Source: Gammaproteobacteria bacterium (GTDB lineage: Bacteria; Pseudomonadota; Gammaproteobacteria; SZUA-140). Taken from it: DNA of 64,000 nucleotides. Position 1 is the stretch's first letter. Each line of letters begins with the position of its first letter. The translations under genes were made by a program, and so were the position numbers. The notes under the pieces are model-generated. The model had not been told where the DNA came from and ran no database searches. It saw nothing but the letters and a program-made list of their open reading frames with translations. The stretch spans positions 21,052 to 85,051 of the forward strand of contig JADLCS010000057.1 of NCBI GenBank assembly GCA_020847075.1. The letters are read 5' to 3'. Shown here piece after piece: positions 45,764 through 55,646 of this stretch.

Positions 45764-46711
45764 GTGAACTACAAGAAGATGGTATTAGCGGTATCCATGG
45801 GCTGCGCCTTCGGCGCCTGCATCCAGACCGCCTCCGCCGAGACGGTGAAGGTGAAGATGCACGCGAAGGAGGTCATGGTGGAGATCGACAACAAGGGTAC
45901 GAAATTCCCGGCCTGGACCTTCGACGGGAGGATCCCGGGGCCGGTCGTGCGTGTGAAGGAGGGTGACACCGTCGAGTTCGAGCTGGTCAACGAGAATACC
46001 AACAAGAACAGCCATTCGATGGATTTCCATGCGGCGCAGGTGGATGTGCTCAACGAATTCGCGCCGATCAAGCCGGGTGAGACCAAGAAATTCACCTTCG
46101 ATGCCAAATACCCGGGCGTGTGGATGTACCATTGTGGCGCCGACCCGATGCACCAGCATATCGCGCGTGGCATGTACGGCATCATCATCGTCGATCCGAA
46201 AGAGGGTTACAGCGACAAGTTCCCCAAGCCGGATCGCGAATATGTGCTGGTCCAGGGGCAGTATTACTCGGATCCCGAGGACCATCACGCCATCATGGAA
46301 GACCGGGGCTACGCCGGTTCTCTGATCAACGGCAAGATGTTCCACTACGATCCAGTACACGACCAGAACGCGAGTCAGGTATTGGAGGCGAAGCCGGGTG
46401 AGCGGGTACGCATCTTTTATGTAAACGCCAACGTCAACCGACCCGCCGCCATCCATCCGATCGCCGGCATCTGGGACCGGGTGTATCTCAACGGCAATCC
46501 CAAGAATACGATCTACGGCATGGCCACCCTGCAGTTGGGCGTGTCCGAGGCGGCCACGCTGGATATCGTGTCGCCCAAGGATCGTCCCACTAACCAGGCC
46601 ATCGTGGACCATACCATGGGTGCGGCCATGCGTGGCGCCATCACGGTGCTGATGAACAAGCCTGACGCCGATCCGGCGGCCGGCAAGGGTGACAATATCC
46701 TGATTCGTTGA
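45764..46711 (+). CDS. nirK: Copper-containing nitrite reductase (NirK-type two-domain cupredoxin)
   Basis: HSMDFHAA (His/Asp/His of T1/T2 sites), YHCGADPMHQHIARGM (His-Cys...His...Met). Signal peptide. GTG start after AAGGAG. Terminator follows. Confidence 0.7.
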   Translation: MNYKKMVLAVSMGCAFGACIQTASAETVKVKMHAKEVMVEIDNKGTKFPAWTFDGRIPGPVVRVKEGDTVEFELVNENTNKNSHSMDFHAAQVDVLNEFAPIKPGETKKFTFDAKYPGVWMYHCGADPMHQHIARGMYGIIIVDPKEGYSDKFPKPDREYVLVQGQYYSDPEDHHAIMEDRGYAGSLINGKMFHYDPVHDQNASQVLEAKPGERVRIFYVNANVNRPAAIHPIAGIWDRVYLNGNPKNTIYGMATLQLGVSEAATLDIVSPKDRPTNQAIVDHTMGAAMRGAITVLMNKPDADPAAGKGDNILIR

Positions 46712-46741
46712 TACCGGAGAACACAGTTTCTTCCACGGTTA

Positions 46742-46767
46742 CCCCGGCTTCGGCCGGGGTTTTTTTA
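46742..46767 (+). terminator. Rho-independent terminator after nirK (CCCCGGC ttcg GCCGGGG + TTTTTTTA)
   Basis: Perfect 7-bp GC stem, tetraloop, 7 T. Confidence 0.85.
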
Positions 46768-46815
46768 TGCCGTTTCGGGTTGCGGATACCGGCGGGTTCG
46801 AGGTAACGTGCTGGT

Positions 46816-47256
46816 ATGCAACTCACCATGTATACCGATTATTCCCTGCGCGTCCTGATTTATCTTGGGCTCCGACGTGACCGCCTGTCGACCGTCTCCG
46901 AGATCGCCCAGAGCTATGGCATCTCACGCAATCACCTGGTCAAGGTGGTGCACAATCTGTCTACCCTCGGCTTCATCGTTGCCACCCGCGGCAAGGGCGG
47001 CGGGCTGAGCCTGGCGCACCCGCCGGAACGGATCGCCATCGGCGACGTGGTGCGTCACACCGAGGCGAATTTCAATGTCGTCGAATGTTTTGACAAGAAG
47101 AACAAAGCTTGCCCGATCACCCCGGTCTGCCGCCTGAAGAGCGTGCTGGGTGACGCGGCCGATGCGTTTTTACGCGTCCTGGACGGTTATACGCTGGCGG
47201 ATATGCTCAAGAACGAGCAAAAATTGTCCATCGCCTTGCGGATCATCAAGCGCTGA
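46816..47256 (+). CDS. nsrR: Rrf2-family [Fe-S] NO-responsive repressor NsrR
   Basis: Rrf2 HTH (SVSEIAQSYGISRNHLVKVVHNL), three-Cys cluster C-x6-C-x5-C (CFDKKNKACPITPVC). Confidence 0.75.
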   Translation: MQLTMYTDYSLRVLIYLGLRRDRLSTVSEIAQSYGISRNHLVKVVHNLSTLGFIVATRGKGGGLSLAHPPERIAIGDVVRHTEANFNVVECFDKKNKACPITPVCRLKSVLGDAADAFLRVLDGYTLADMLKNEQKLSIALRIIKR

Positions 47257-47449
47257 ATCCGGGCCGGACGTCCGCCGGGACGAAGTCCCGGGCCGGTCGG
47301 CCATTTCCGCGCGGGACCGGAAGACGATGGTCCCGCCTTGCAGTGCGGATGAAAATGCTTAAGAATTCCCTCGATGCCTCGGGAGGGCGCTGCGTCCGGA
47401 CGGGACCCGCGCCAGACCCTGGACCGATCCACGGCATGAGGACCATGCG

Positions 47450-48334
47450 ATGTCACGCATCAAACGACTATTGATCGCCACCGATCTGTCGACGCCCGCG
47501 CGCCATGCGGCGGAGCGGGCGGCATTGTTCGCCGGAGACGTAGCGGGGACGCTCGATCTCCTGCATGTCGTCGCGACGGCTCCGCTGGACAAACTGCGCC
47601 GGCTCGTGCGCGAGATTCCCGCGGAGGCCGAGCAACGCCTGGTGGATGCCGCTCGGGAGGAGCTGCGCCAGTTGGCCGAGTCCCTGTCGAGCCGATACGG
47701 CGTGACCGCGGGCGTGCATGTCGTATCGGGCGCCGTCGTGCGGCGCCTGAACGAGGAGGCGGACGCCCGGGAGGCAGACCTGATCGTGCTGGGTGCCCGC
47801 GGGGCGGGCCTCGTGCAGACCCTGCTGCTCGGTTCGACCGCGGAAAAGATGGTGAGCCGGGCCACGCGCCCGTTGTTGGTCGTCAAACAGCCGCCACGCG
47901 GGAGCTACCGCAGGCTGCTGGTGCCGGTGGACTTCTCGCCGGCGTCGCTGCCCGCGCTTCGGCGGGCGCATGCCGTGGCTCCTGAGGCCGAACTCATTCT
48001 GCTGCATGCCTTCGACGTGCCCTTCGAGGGTAAATTGCGCCTGGCCGGAGTGCCGGAGGAGACCGTCGATTTCTATCGCGCCGCCGCGAAGGAAGAGGCC
48101 ATGCAGAAAATGGGCGAGCTGCTCGCCGCGGCCGGCCTGGAGCCGCAGTCGGCGCGCCGGCTCGTGCTGCATGGAGATCCGTGGCGGAATATCGTCGAGC
48201 AGGAGCGGGAGCAGGACTGCGATTTGATCGTGATGGGGCGGCGCGGCGAGGGTATGCTCGAGGAGTTTCTCCTGGGCAGCGTCACCAAGCGCGTTCTGAC
48301 GGATTGCCACGGAGATGTGCTGGTATCGGTATGA
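47450..48334 (+). CDS. Tandem universal stress protein (UspA-domain x2)
   Basis: Two Usp domains, each with a G-x2-G-x9-G(S/T) ATP motif (GARGAGLVQTLLLGSTAEKM; GRRGEGMLEEFLLGSVTKRV). Confidence 0.8.
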   Translation: MSRIKRLLIATDLSTPARHAAERAALFAGDVAGTLDLLHVVATAPLDKLRRLVREIPAEAEQRLVDAAREELRQLAESLSSRYGVTAGVHVVSGAVVRRLNEEADAREADLIVLGARGAGLVQTLLLGSTAEKMVSRATRPLLVVKQPPRGSYRRLLVPVDFSPASLPALRRAHAVAPEAELILLHAFDVPFEGKLRLAGVPEETVDFYRAAAKEEAMQKMGELLAAAGLEPQSARRLVLHGDPWRNIVEQEREQDCDLIVMGRRGEGMLEEFLLGSVTKRVLTDCHGDVLVSV

Positions 48335-48395
48335 GCCTCACGGCGGGATGGCCGCGGGAGGCGCGTAGATTCGACAATCGCATTGAGAGAGGGAT

Positions 48396-48857
48396 ATGGA
48401 CGAGAAAGAGGCCAAGCTGGCGAAGATCGGCAGTTATATGGTGGACGGGTTTCATTACCTCGCGTTGTTCATCATCGGGGCCACCGTGGTCTGGTCGGCG
48501 GTGTACGAATACCTGGAGATCATGAGGAAAGGCCACGCTGAGCTCAAGGATATCCTTCTGCTGTTCATCTATCTCGAATTCGGCGCCATGATTGGCTGCT
48601 ACTTCAAGAGCAATAAACTGCCCGTGCAGTTTCTCATCTTTATCGCCATCACCGCGCTGGCGCGACACCTGGTGATAGACGTGCAGAAGGAGCTGACTGA
48701 ATTCGGGCTCTACCTGTATCTCGCGGTGACCGGCGCGATCGTACTCCTCAGCGTGGCGTTGTTCATCATCGCCTATGCCGAGCACAGATACGGCAGCCCG
48801 GAGGATGGCATCGAGAGGAGGCCCCGGCGCCGGCAGGGAGGCTCCGCACCCGATTGA
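48396..48857 (+). CDS. psiE: PsiE-family inner-membrane protein
   Basis: FIYLEFGAMIGCYF...IAITALARHLVIDV aligns with E. coli PsiE YFLYFEFIALIVKYF...IGITAIVRLIIVD. Confidence 0.6.
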   Translation: MDEKEAKLAKIGSYMVDGFHYLALFIIGATVVWSAVYEYLEIMRKGHAELKDILLLFIYLEFGAMIGCYFKSNKLPVQFLIFIAITALARHLVIDVQKELTEFGLYLYLAVTGAIVLLSVALFIIAYAEHRYGSPEDGIERRPRRRQGGSAPD

Positions 48858-48878
48858 TCGGGCCGGTGTGCCGGCCCG

Positions 48879-49808
48879 TCAGTCGTATTCCGCGGCCGGC
48901 AACTCGCGCAGGATCGCGCGATAGCTGTCCAGCCGTTGCCGACCGATCATTCCCCGCTCGCAGGCGAGACTCACCGCGCAGCCCGGCTCCCCATCGTGGC
49001 CGCAGTCGCGAAACCTGCAGTCGGCGAGAAAAGGCCTGAACTCGCGGAAGCCGCGCGCCAGCTCCGCGGCGCCGATGCTCCAGAGACGGAATTCGCGTAC
49101 GCCGGGGGAGTCGATGATGTCCCCGCCGCGCGGGAGATGGAACAGCAGGGTGCTGGTCGTGGTGTGGCGACCCTTGCCGCTGGCCGCGGATAGGGCGCCG
49201 ATGCGGATGGCCCGATCGGGCAGCAGGGCCTGCAGCAGCGAGGATTTCCCGACCCCGGATTCGCCGACGAATACGCTGGTCCGGGTTGCCAGCACGGCGC
49301 CCAGCTCCGACAGACCGAGCCGCGTCTTCGCGCTGACGAGGCACAGTTCATAGCCCATGGCTCGGTAAGCGGCCATGTCGTCCCGCAGCCGCAGCGCCGG
49401 CGTTTCCTCCGCGAGATCCATCTTGTTCACGACCAGCACGGCGCCGAGGCCGAGCAGCTCGGCCGTGACCAGATAGTGATCGATGAGCGAGTGATTGATC
49501 CCGGAGGCCGTTGCGCCGGCCAGGGGGGCGGCGACTATGATCAACTGGTCGATATTGGCGCACAACGGCCTGGATTTTCCCCGCGCGTCGGAACGCGCGA
49601 GCAGCGAACGACGCGGCTCGATCGCGACCACGGCGCCGTGCGCATCACCATGTCCCGCCTGCCACTGCACCCGGTCGCCGCACACGGCCTGTCCGGCGGA
49701 TTTGCGCGCCACGCAGGGTGAACTGGTGCCGTCGCCGGCCTCGACCAGCAGGGTCCGGCCGAAATTCGCGATGACCAGGCCGGGCTGCGTCTCGGCGGCG
49801 GGCATCAT
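48879..49808 (-). CDS. rsgA: Ribosome small-subunit-dependent GTPase A
   Basis: Circularly permuted GTPase motifs (VVNKMDL, GESGVGKSSLLQAL), C-terminal zinc finger CRFRDCGHDGEPGC. Confidence 0.85.
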   Translation of the reverse strand: MMPAAETQPGLVIANFGRTLLVEAGDGTSSPCVARKSAGQAVCGDRVQWQAGHGDAHGAVVAIEPRRSLLARSDARGKSRPLCANIDQLIIVAAPLAGATASGINHSLIDHYLVTAELLGLGAVLVVNKMDLAEETPALRLRDDMAAYRAMGYELCLVSAKTRLGLSELGAVLATRTSVFVGESGVGKSSLLQALLPDRAIRIGALSAASGKGRHTTTSTLLFHLPRGGDIIDSPGVREFRLWSIGAAELARGFREFRPFLADCRFRDCGHDGEPGCAVSLACERGMIGRQRLDSYRAILRELPAAEYD

Positions 49809-51082
49809 GCGGATCCGTTTCCCGCGTGCCCGGCGAGCCGGGCGATGCGCGCGCCCGCCGGCGGATGACTGTAGTGGAAGGCGGAGTACCAGCGATCCGG
49901 CGTCAGCGTCGCGGCATTGTCTTCATAGAGTTTGATCAGTGCGCTGATGAGATCGCCCGCATTCGCCTCGCGCGCCGCGAACGCGTCCGCTTCGTACTCG
50001 TGGCGACGCGAGAGCAGGGCCGTGAACGGGCCGAGGAAGGTGCCGAATATCGGCGCGATGAACAGAAACAGCAGCAGGGCGCCGTGATTCGACGGGTGTT
50101 CCAGCCCGAGGCCGGAATGGAAGCCGGGCTGGTGAAGCAGCCAGTCGAGAAGCAGGACCGCGGCGAGCCCGCCGAGGGCCGACAGACCGATGCGCTTGGC
50201 GACATGGTGGCGCTTGAAATGACCGAGTTCATGCGCCAGCACCGCCTCGATCTCCTCCGGCCGGAGCGTATCGATCAGGGTATCGAAGAACACGATGCGT
50301 CTGCCGCGGCCGAAACCGGTGAAATAGGCATTGCCATGGGCCGATCGGCGCGAACCGTCCATCACGAAGACACCGCGACTGGCGAATCCGGTGCGCGCCA
50401 GCAGGGCGCCGATGCGGCGCTCCAGGTCCGCGTCCGGGAGCGGGGTGAATTTATTGAACAGCGGGGCGATCAGCAGGGGATAGACCCAGCTCATCAGCAG
50501 GGCGAAGGAGAGCCAGCAGAGCCAGACATAGAGCCACCAGAGAGGGTCCGCTTGTCCGGTGGTCTGCGGCGGGGGCACCATCAGCCACAGTACGGCGAAT
50601 ATCAGCGGCATACCGATGACCGCGGCGAGAAAAAGCCCCTTCGACAGATCGGCCGCGAACAAGGCGGGCGTCATGCGGTTGAACCCGAATCGCTGCTCGA
50701 CGATGAAAGTGTGGTAGATTGCGAAAGGAAGCCGCAACAGCGCGTTGACGAGCAGTGCGCTGGCGACGACTCCGACGCCGGTGAGCAGCGGCGGAAGGGC
50801 GGCCCCGCGCCAGACGGCTTCGAGCAGATTCAGACCGCCGCCCAGGGTCCAGCCGAGGAGCAATGCGGTGTTGTACACCAGCGCGACACGGCCCGCGCGG
50901 AGCCGGGCGGAGGTATAGTCGGCTGCTTTCCGATGGCTCGACAGACCGATGCGCGCGGCGAAGGCGTCGGGGACGCGATCACGATGGGCGCGCACGTGGC
51001 GCAACTGACGGCCGTCGAGCCACCATTCCAGGACGCAGGCGCATGAAAGGGCGGCGAGAAAGGCGAAGGTAAAGCCGTTCAT
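49805..51082 (-). CDS. M48-family integral membrane metalloprotease (Ste24/HtpX-like)
   Basis: HELGHFKRHH HExxH, multiple TM helices, 425 aa. Confidence 0.8.
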   Translation of the reverse strand: MNGFTFAFLAALSCACVLEWWLDGRQLRHVRAHRDRVPDAFAARIGLSSHRKAADYTSARLRAGRVALVYNTALLLGWTLGGGLNLLEAVWRGAALPPLLTGVGVVASALLVNALLRLPFAIYHTFIVEQRFGFNRMTPALFAADLSKGLFLAAVIGMPLIFAVLWLMVPPPQTTGQADPLWWLYVWLCWLSFALLMSWVYPLLIAPLFNKFTPLPDADLERRIGALLARTGFASRGVFVMDGSRRSAHGNAYFTGFGRGRRIVFFDTLIDTLRPEEIEAVLAHELGHFKRHHVAKRIGLSALGGLAAVLLLDWLLHQPGFHSGLGLEHPSNHGALLLFLFIAPIFGTFLGPFTALLSRRHEYEADAFAAREANAGDLISALIKLYEDNAATLTPDRWYSAFHYSHPPAGARIARLAGHAGNGSA

Positions 51083-51153
51083 CGGGATACGGGCCGGCGC
51101 GCCGGCGGGGCCGGGGCATTACGCGAACATAACGCAACACGGGAAACACAGCC

Positions 51154-51717
51154 ATGGCACAGGACGCGAATCATCTGATCTGGATCGACCTCGAAATGAC
51201 GGGTTTGAGCCCGGACAGCGATTATATCATCGAGATCGCCACGATCGTGACGGACAGCGCGTTGAACATCCTGGCCGAAGGGCCGGTGATCGCGATCCAT
51301 CAGCCCGATTCGGTGTTGGACGGGATGGACGACTGGAATACGCGCCAGCACGGCCAGTCCGGCTTGATCGGGCGCGTACGCAGCAGCACGCTCGGGGAGC
51401 GCGAGGCGGAGCGGCTCACCCTGGAATTCCTGCGTCAGTACGTCCCGGCCGGAAAATCGCCCATGTGCGGCAACAGCATCTGTCAGGACCGGCGGTTCCT
51501 GGCGCGCGGCATGCCCGCGCTCGAACGCTATTTCCATTACCGCAACCTCGACGTCAGCTCACTGAAGGAACTGGCGCGCCGCTGGGCGCCCGAGGTCTAC
51601 AACGGTTTCACCAAGGACAGCACCCACCAGGCCCTGGACGACGTACGCGACTCGATCAATGAGCTGCGGTATTACAGGGAACACTTTATAAAGGCAGGAC
51701 TAAGGACTAAGGACTAA
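51154..51717 (+). CDS. orn: Oligoribonuclease
   Basis: DEDDh exonuclease motifs ([30 protein letters not shown]). Stop codon embedded in a GGACTAA heptamer tandem. Confidence 0.9.
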   Translation: MAQDANHLIWIDLEMTGLSPDSDYIIEIATIVTDSALNILAEGPVIAIHQPDSVLDGMDDWNTRQHGQSGLIGRVRSSTLGEREAERLTLEFLRQYVPAGKSPMCGNSICQDRRFLARGMPALERYFHYRNLDVSSLKELARRWAPEVYNGFTKDSTHQALDDVRDSINELRYYREHFIKAGLRTKD

Positions 51718-51888
51718 GTCAAACCCAATACTCCTTGTATCGGAAACATCGGAGCATCAAAGATCGTAGCCTGGATGTAGGCGCGGAGCGCCGAAATCCG
51801 GGAAATAAAAACACCCCCGGATTCCGCTATGCTTCATCCGGACTACATGTATTATTCTTTCACTCAGTTCTTAGTCCTCAGTCCTGTC
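51696..51888. repeat. Repeat element copy 1: (AGGACTAAG-type heptamer x3) ... about 150-bp lower-GC core with hairpin ... CTTAGTCCTCAGTCCT inverted terminus
   Basis: AGGACTAAGGACTAAGGACTAAG at 51696-51718, inverted partner at 51869-51888. Internal hairpin ATCCGGG...CCCGGAT. Lies between convergent orn and the trihaem cytochrome gene. Confidence 0.5.
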
Positions 51889-51898
51889 CTTTCAGAAG

Positions 51899-52504
51899 TC
51901 ACCACCACTTCCCCACCTTCCCGTGCGGCACGCTGTGGCAGCGTTCGCAGGTCCACAGCGAGAACGAGACCTTGTCGTGGCAGCGGCCGCAGAACTGGCC
52001 GTTGAGGACCTTGGTCATGGTGATCGGGTTGGCGTCCTTCTGCGGGATGAAGATATCCGGGTGGCAGTTGCCGCAGGCCAGCCACTCGGTGTGCTGGCGG
52101 TGCGGGAACAGCACGTAAGGCATGTCGGCGGTGGCGGTCATCAGGATATTCATATCCATCGACTGCATGAGGGCGTTTTCCCAGGGATCGTCGGTGCGGC
52201 TCTTGCGCGGCGTGATGATGCCCTCATCGAGCGCTTTGACCCAGTCGACCTCGCCACGCTTGTCCTTGGGGAAGTCCTTCATCGACTGGGCCGGATCCTG
52301 CAGGGTGTTGATGGCCTCGCCGGTGGGGTCGTGGATGCCGTCCTCGGCGAGGGGGGACAGGGGAGGCGCCTTGAGGTCGAGCGCGAAGGCGTCGGACCAG
52401 GGAGGCGCATGCAGTTGCAGCGCGATACCGGCGCCGGCGGCGGCCAGGAAGACGAAACTACGAACCCATCCCGCGATCCGATGCCGCGGTTTGCCTTGCC
52501 TCAT
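51899..52504 (-). CDS. Trihaem c-type cytochrome (c3/c7-like, three CxxCH)
   Basis: Signal/TM anchor; CGNCH, CGRCH, CERCH with preceding His ligands. Confidence 0.7.
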   Translation of the reverse strand: MRQGKPRHRIAGWVRSFVFLAAAGAGIALQLHAPPWSDAFALDLKAPPLSPLAEDGIHDPTGEAINTLQDPAQSMKDFPKDKRGEVDWVKALDEGIITPRKSRTDDPWENALMQSMDMNILMTATADMPYVLFPHRQHTEWLACGNCHPDIFIPQKDANPITMTKVLNGQFCGRCHDKVSFSLWTCERCHSVPHGKVGKWW

Positions 52505-52547
52505 ATCCGAACCCCCCTCCCGGTGGCCGGCCCGAGGCCGGCGTGGC

Positions 52548-53645
52548 CTATTGTTCCAGTGCCCAGCGGACGTGTTCCCTCACCAGTGCGGAGGGGTCGT
52601 CGCCGCGCGCCGTCAGGCTTTCTATGATGGCTGTCCTGTCCGGTTCCCGCGCGCCGCGCAGGGCGTTGCCCAGCGCGACCGCGATATTGCGCCGCCAACC
52701 GTCGTAACCGACGCGCCGGAGGGCGGAGCCCGTGGTGTATTGTAAGAATTCCGCCTCGCTCCATGCAAACAGAAGCCGCAATCCGGGTGCATCCAGGCCA
52801 TGGCGCGGCATGAAATCGGATTCGGCGGAAGGGGCGGCGAAGCGGTTCCACGGGCATACCAGCTGGCAGTCGTCGCAGCCGAAGACGCGGTTTCCGATCA
52901 GCGGCCGGAACTCGACCGGGATCGGACCGCGCGACTCGATGGTGAGATACGAGATGCAGCGGCGCGCATCGAGTTCGTAGGGCGCGACGATGGCCTGCGT
53001 CGGGCAGACGTCGATGCAGGCGCGGCAACTGCCGCAGTGATTCGCCCCCGGCGCGTCGGGCGGGAGCGGCTGGTCGGTGTAGAGCTCGCCGAGAAAAAAC
53101 CACGATCCGCTGCGGGCATTGATCAGATTGGTATGCTTGCCGATCCAGCCCAGGCCGGCGCGCTCCGCCAGCGCCTTTTCCAGCACCGGTGCGCTGTCGA
53201 CGAAGGCGCGGTAGCCGAAGGGGCCGCTCACGGCGGCGATGCGCTCCGCCAGCGCCTGCAAGCGGGCGCGCAGCACCTTGTGATAGTCGCGCCCGAGGGC
53301 GTAGCGGGAGACGTAGCCGAGCCGGGGGTCCTCCAGCACAGCCCAGGGATCGACGCCGCCCGGCGGCAGATAGTCCATGCGCACCGAGATCACGCGCAGC
53401 GTACCGGGCACCAGGTCGCGCGGACGGCTGCGGCGGGCGCCGTGGCGGGCCATGTAGTCCATCTCGCCGTGACGGCCCCGGTCGAGCCAGTTGAGCAGGC
53501 GCGCCTCGTGCTCGTCCAGTGCGGTGTCGGCGATGCCGGCCTCCGCGAAGCCGAGTTCGCGCGCCCAGATTTTTATATTCCAGGCGAGATCGGCGAAGAA
53601 GGCCGCGTCGGATTCGGGGTCTCGGTTCTGTGCGCTGCCGGGCAT
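52548..53645 (-). CDS. queG: Epoxyqueuosine reductase
   Basis: Two 4Fe-4S ferredoxin motifs (CGSCRACIDVCP, CDDCQLVCPWN), cobalamin-binding region. Conserved queG-nnr-tsaE-ami-mutL order. Confidence 0.85.
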   Translation of the reverse strand: MPGSAQNRDPESDAAFFADLAWNIKIWARELGFAEAGIADTALDEHEARLLNWLDRGRHGEMDYMARHGARRSRPRDLVPGTLRVISVRMDYLPPGGVDPWAVLEDPRLGYVSRYALGRDYHKVLRARLQALAERIAAVSGPFGYRAFVDSAPVLEKALAERAGLGWIGKHTNLINARSGSWFFLGELYTDQPLPPDAPGANHCGSCRACIDVCPTQAIVAPYELDARRCISYLTIESRGPIPVEFRPLIGNRVFGCDDCQLVCPWNRFAAPSAESDFMPRHGLDAPGLRLLFAWSEAEFLQYTTGSALRRVGYDGWRRNIAVALGNALRGAREPDRTAIIESLTARGDDPSALVREHVRWALEQ

Positions 53646-53652
53646 AATCGCT

Positions 53653-55158
53653 ATGATAGCGCGTATGGAAGAGAGATTGCCCCGCCAACTGTATCGCGCC
53701 GCCCAGGTGCGCGAGCTCGACCGCCTCGCGATCGAAGCGCACGGCATTCCCACGCAAACCCTCATGGAACGCGCGGGGGCGGCGGCGTTCCGCCTGCTGC
53801 GCGCGCACTGGCCGCGGGCACAGCGCATCGGCGTGGTCTGCGGGACGGGCAATAACGGCGGTGACGGCTATGTGCTGGCGCGCCTGGCCCACGAGGCCGG
53901 TCTGAGTGTCGCGGTGTACGCGGTCGGCGAAACGGAGCGCATGCGCGGCGCCGCACGGGAGGCCGCGTCCGCCCTGCGCGCGGCCGGCGTGGAGGCGGTG
54001 ACCTATGCCGGCGGCGCCCTGTCGGGGCACGAGGTCGTGGTGGACGCCCTGCTGGGCACGGGGCTCGATCGCGAGATCGAAGGGGTGGCGCGGGCCGCGA
54101 TCGAGGAGATCGGGGCGTCCGGGGCGGAGGTACTGGCGCTGGATATGCCCTCCGGGCTGGATGCGGACACCGGCCGCGTCCGCGGCGCCGCGGTGCGCGC
54201 GAATCTTACCGTCAGTTTCATCGGACTCAAGCAGGGGGCGTTCACCGCGGACGGTCCCGACTGCTGCGGACGCATCCATTACAGCCGCCTGGGGGTGCCT
54301 GCGCAGATCTTTTCCCAGGTCGAGCCCGCCGCTACCCGTTTTTCCTATCAGGCCCTGGCGCCGCGCCTCAGGCCACGCGGTCGGGGCGCCCACAAGGGGC
54401 GATACGGCCATGTGTTGATCATCGGCGGGGATCACGGCATGAACGGCGCGGCGCTGCTGGCCGGACAAGCCGCCCTGCGCACCGGGGCCGGACTGGTCAG
54501 CATCGCGACCCGCGCCGGCCATGCCGCGCTGCTGGCGCTGGCGCGACCGGAGCTGATGTGCCACGGCGTAGAGGATGCCGGGGCGCTGCAACCCCTGATC
54601 GAACGCGCTACGGTGATCGCCGTCGGCCCCGGGCTGGGGCGCTCGCGGTGGGCCCTGGAGCTGTTCGGCCGGGCGCTGGATCGACCCGGACCGCTGGTGG
54701 TCGATGCCGACGCCCTGAATCTGCTGGCGCAGGCCCCCGTGCGACGCGACGACTGGATTTTGACCCCGCACCCGGGCGAGGCCGCGCGCCTGCTGGGGAT
54801 CACGACGGCGGAGGTGCAGGAGGATCGCTTCGAGGCGGTCGCGGCCCTGCAGCGACGCTATGGCGGCGCCGTCGTCCTCAAGGGGGCGGGCTCCCTGGTA
54901 TGTGATCCCATGGGCACCATCGCCCTCTGTCACGGCGGCAATCCCGGCATGGCCAGCGCCGGCATGGGCGATCTGCTGACGGGGGTGGTCGCCGCCCTGC
55001 TGGCGCAGGGCATGGACCTGGCCGAGGCCGCCCGCTTCGGACCGGCCGTGCACGCCGCCGCCGGCGATCAGGCCGCCGCCGAGGGGGCGGGGGAGCGGGG
55101 GTTGCTCGCGGGAGACCTGCTGGCGCCGCTCCACCGCCTGATGAATCCACGCCCCTGA
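53653..55158 (+). CDS. nnr: Bifunctional NAD(P)H-hydrate epimerase/dehydratase
   Basis: YjeF-N (GTGNNGGDG) and carbohydrate-kinase-like C domain (VIGPGLG, GMGDLLTG). Confidence 0.85.
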   Translation: MIARMEERLPRQLYRAAQVRELDRLAIEAHGIPTQTLMERAGAAAFRLLRAHWPRAQRIGVVCGTGNNGGDGYVLARLAHEAGLSVAVYAVGETERMRGAAREAASALRAAGVEAVTYAGGALSGHEVVVDALLGTGLDREIEGVARAAIEEIGASGAEVLALDMPSGLDADTGRVRGAAVRANLTVSFIGLKQGAFTADGPDCCGRIHYSRLGVPAQIFSQVEPAATRFSYQALAPRLRPRGRGAHKGRYGHVLIIGGDHGMNGAALLAGQAALRTGAGLVSIATRAGHAALLALARPELMCHGVEDAGALQPLIERATVIAVGPGLGRSRWALELFGRALDRPGPLVVDADALNLLAQAPVRRDDWILTPHPGEAARLLGITTAEVQEDRFEAVAALQRRYGGAVVLKGAGSLVCDPMGTIALCHGGNPGMASAGMGDLLTGVVAALLAQGMDLAEAARFGPAVHAAAGDQAAAEGAGERGLLAGDLLAPLHRLMNPRP

Positions 55159-55646
55159 TGGAATTCCGGGCGGCATCCGAGCAGGAGATGGAGGCCTTCG
55201 GCGCCCGGCTCGCGCGCGGGCTTGCGCCGGGTCTGGTCATCCACCTGGGCGGTCCGCTCGGGGCGGGAAAGACGACGCTGGTGCGCGGCTTGCTGCGTTC
55301 CCTGGGGTGGGCGGGGGCGGTCAAGAGCCCGACCTATGCCCTGGTCGAGACCTATGCCCTCGACGATATCCTGCTTCATCATTTCGATCTTTATCGCCTT
55401 TCCGATCCGGAAGAGCTGGAGTTCATGGGCCTGCGCGATTTTCTCGATGGGCACGCGATTTGCCTGATCGAGTGGGCGGAGCGCGGTCACGGGATCTTGC
55501 CGGAGCCGGATCTGCGGATAGGGATCCGCCCGCTCGGGACCGGACGGGACCTGCGATGCGACCCGGGCACGCCGGCGGGGGCGCGATTGCTGGCCGCGGT
55601 GATCGAGACGCTTGCCGCCGACCGCGATGGCCGGGGCGCGGGATAG
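55158..55646 (+). CDS. tsaE: tRNA t6A37 threonylcarbamoyladenosine biosynthesis ATPase TsaE
   Basis: Walker A GPLGAGKTTLVRG, SPTYALVETY, HFDLYRL motifs. Confidence 0.85.
   Translation: MEFRAASEQEMEAFGARLARGLAPGLVIHLGGPLGAGKTTLVRGLLRSLGWAGAVKSPTYALVETYALDDILLHHFDLYRLSDPEELEFMGLRDFLDGHAICLIEWAERGHGILPEPDLRIGIRPLGTGRDLRCDPGTPAGARLLAAVIETLAADRDGRGAG

Noticed and set aside
46780-46815. GGTTCGAGG upstream of nsrR as a tRNA T-loop
   Set aside because: No acceptor stem or anticodon arm can be folded around it.
52501-55176. Long 891-aa minus-strand ORF
   Set aside because: Antisense read-through typical of high-GC DNA. It spans queG (minus) and lies antisense to nnr (plus), which have convincing domain content. 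Composition is Arg/Pro/Gly-rich.
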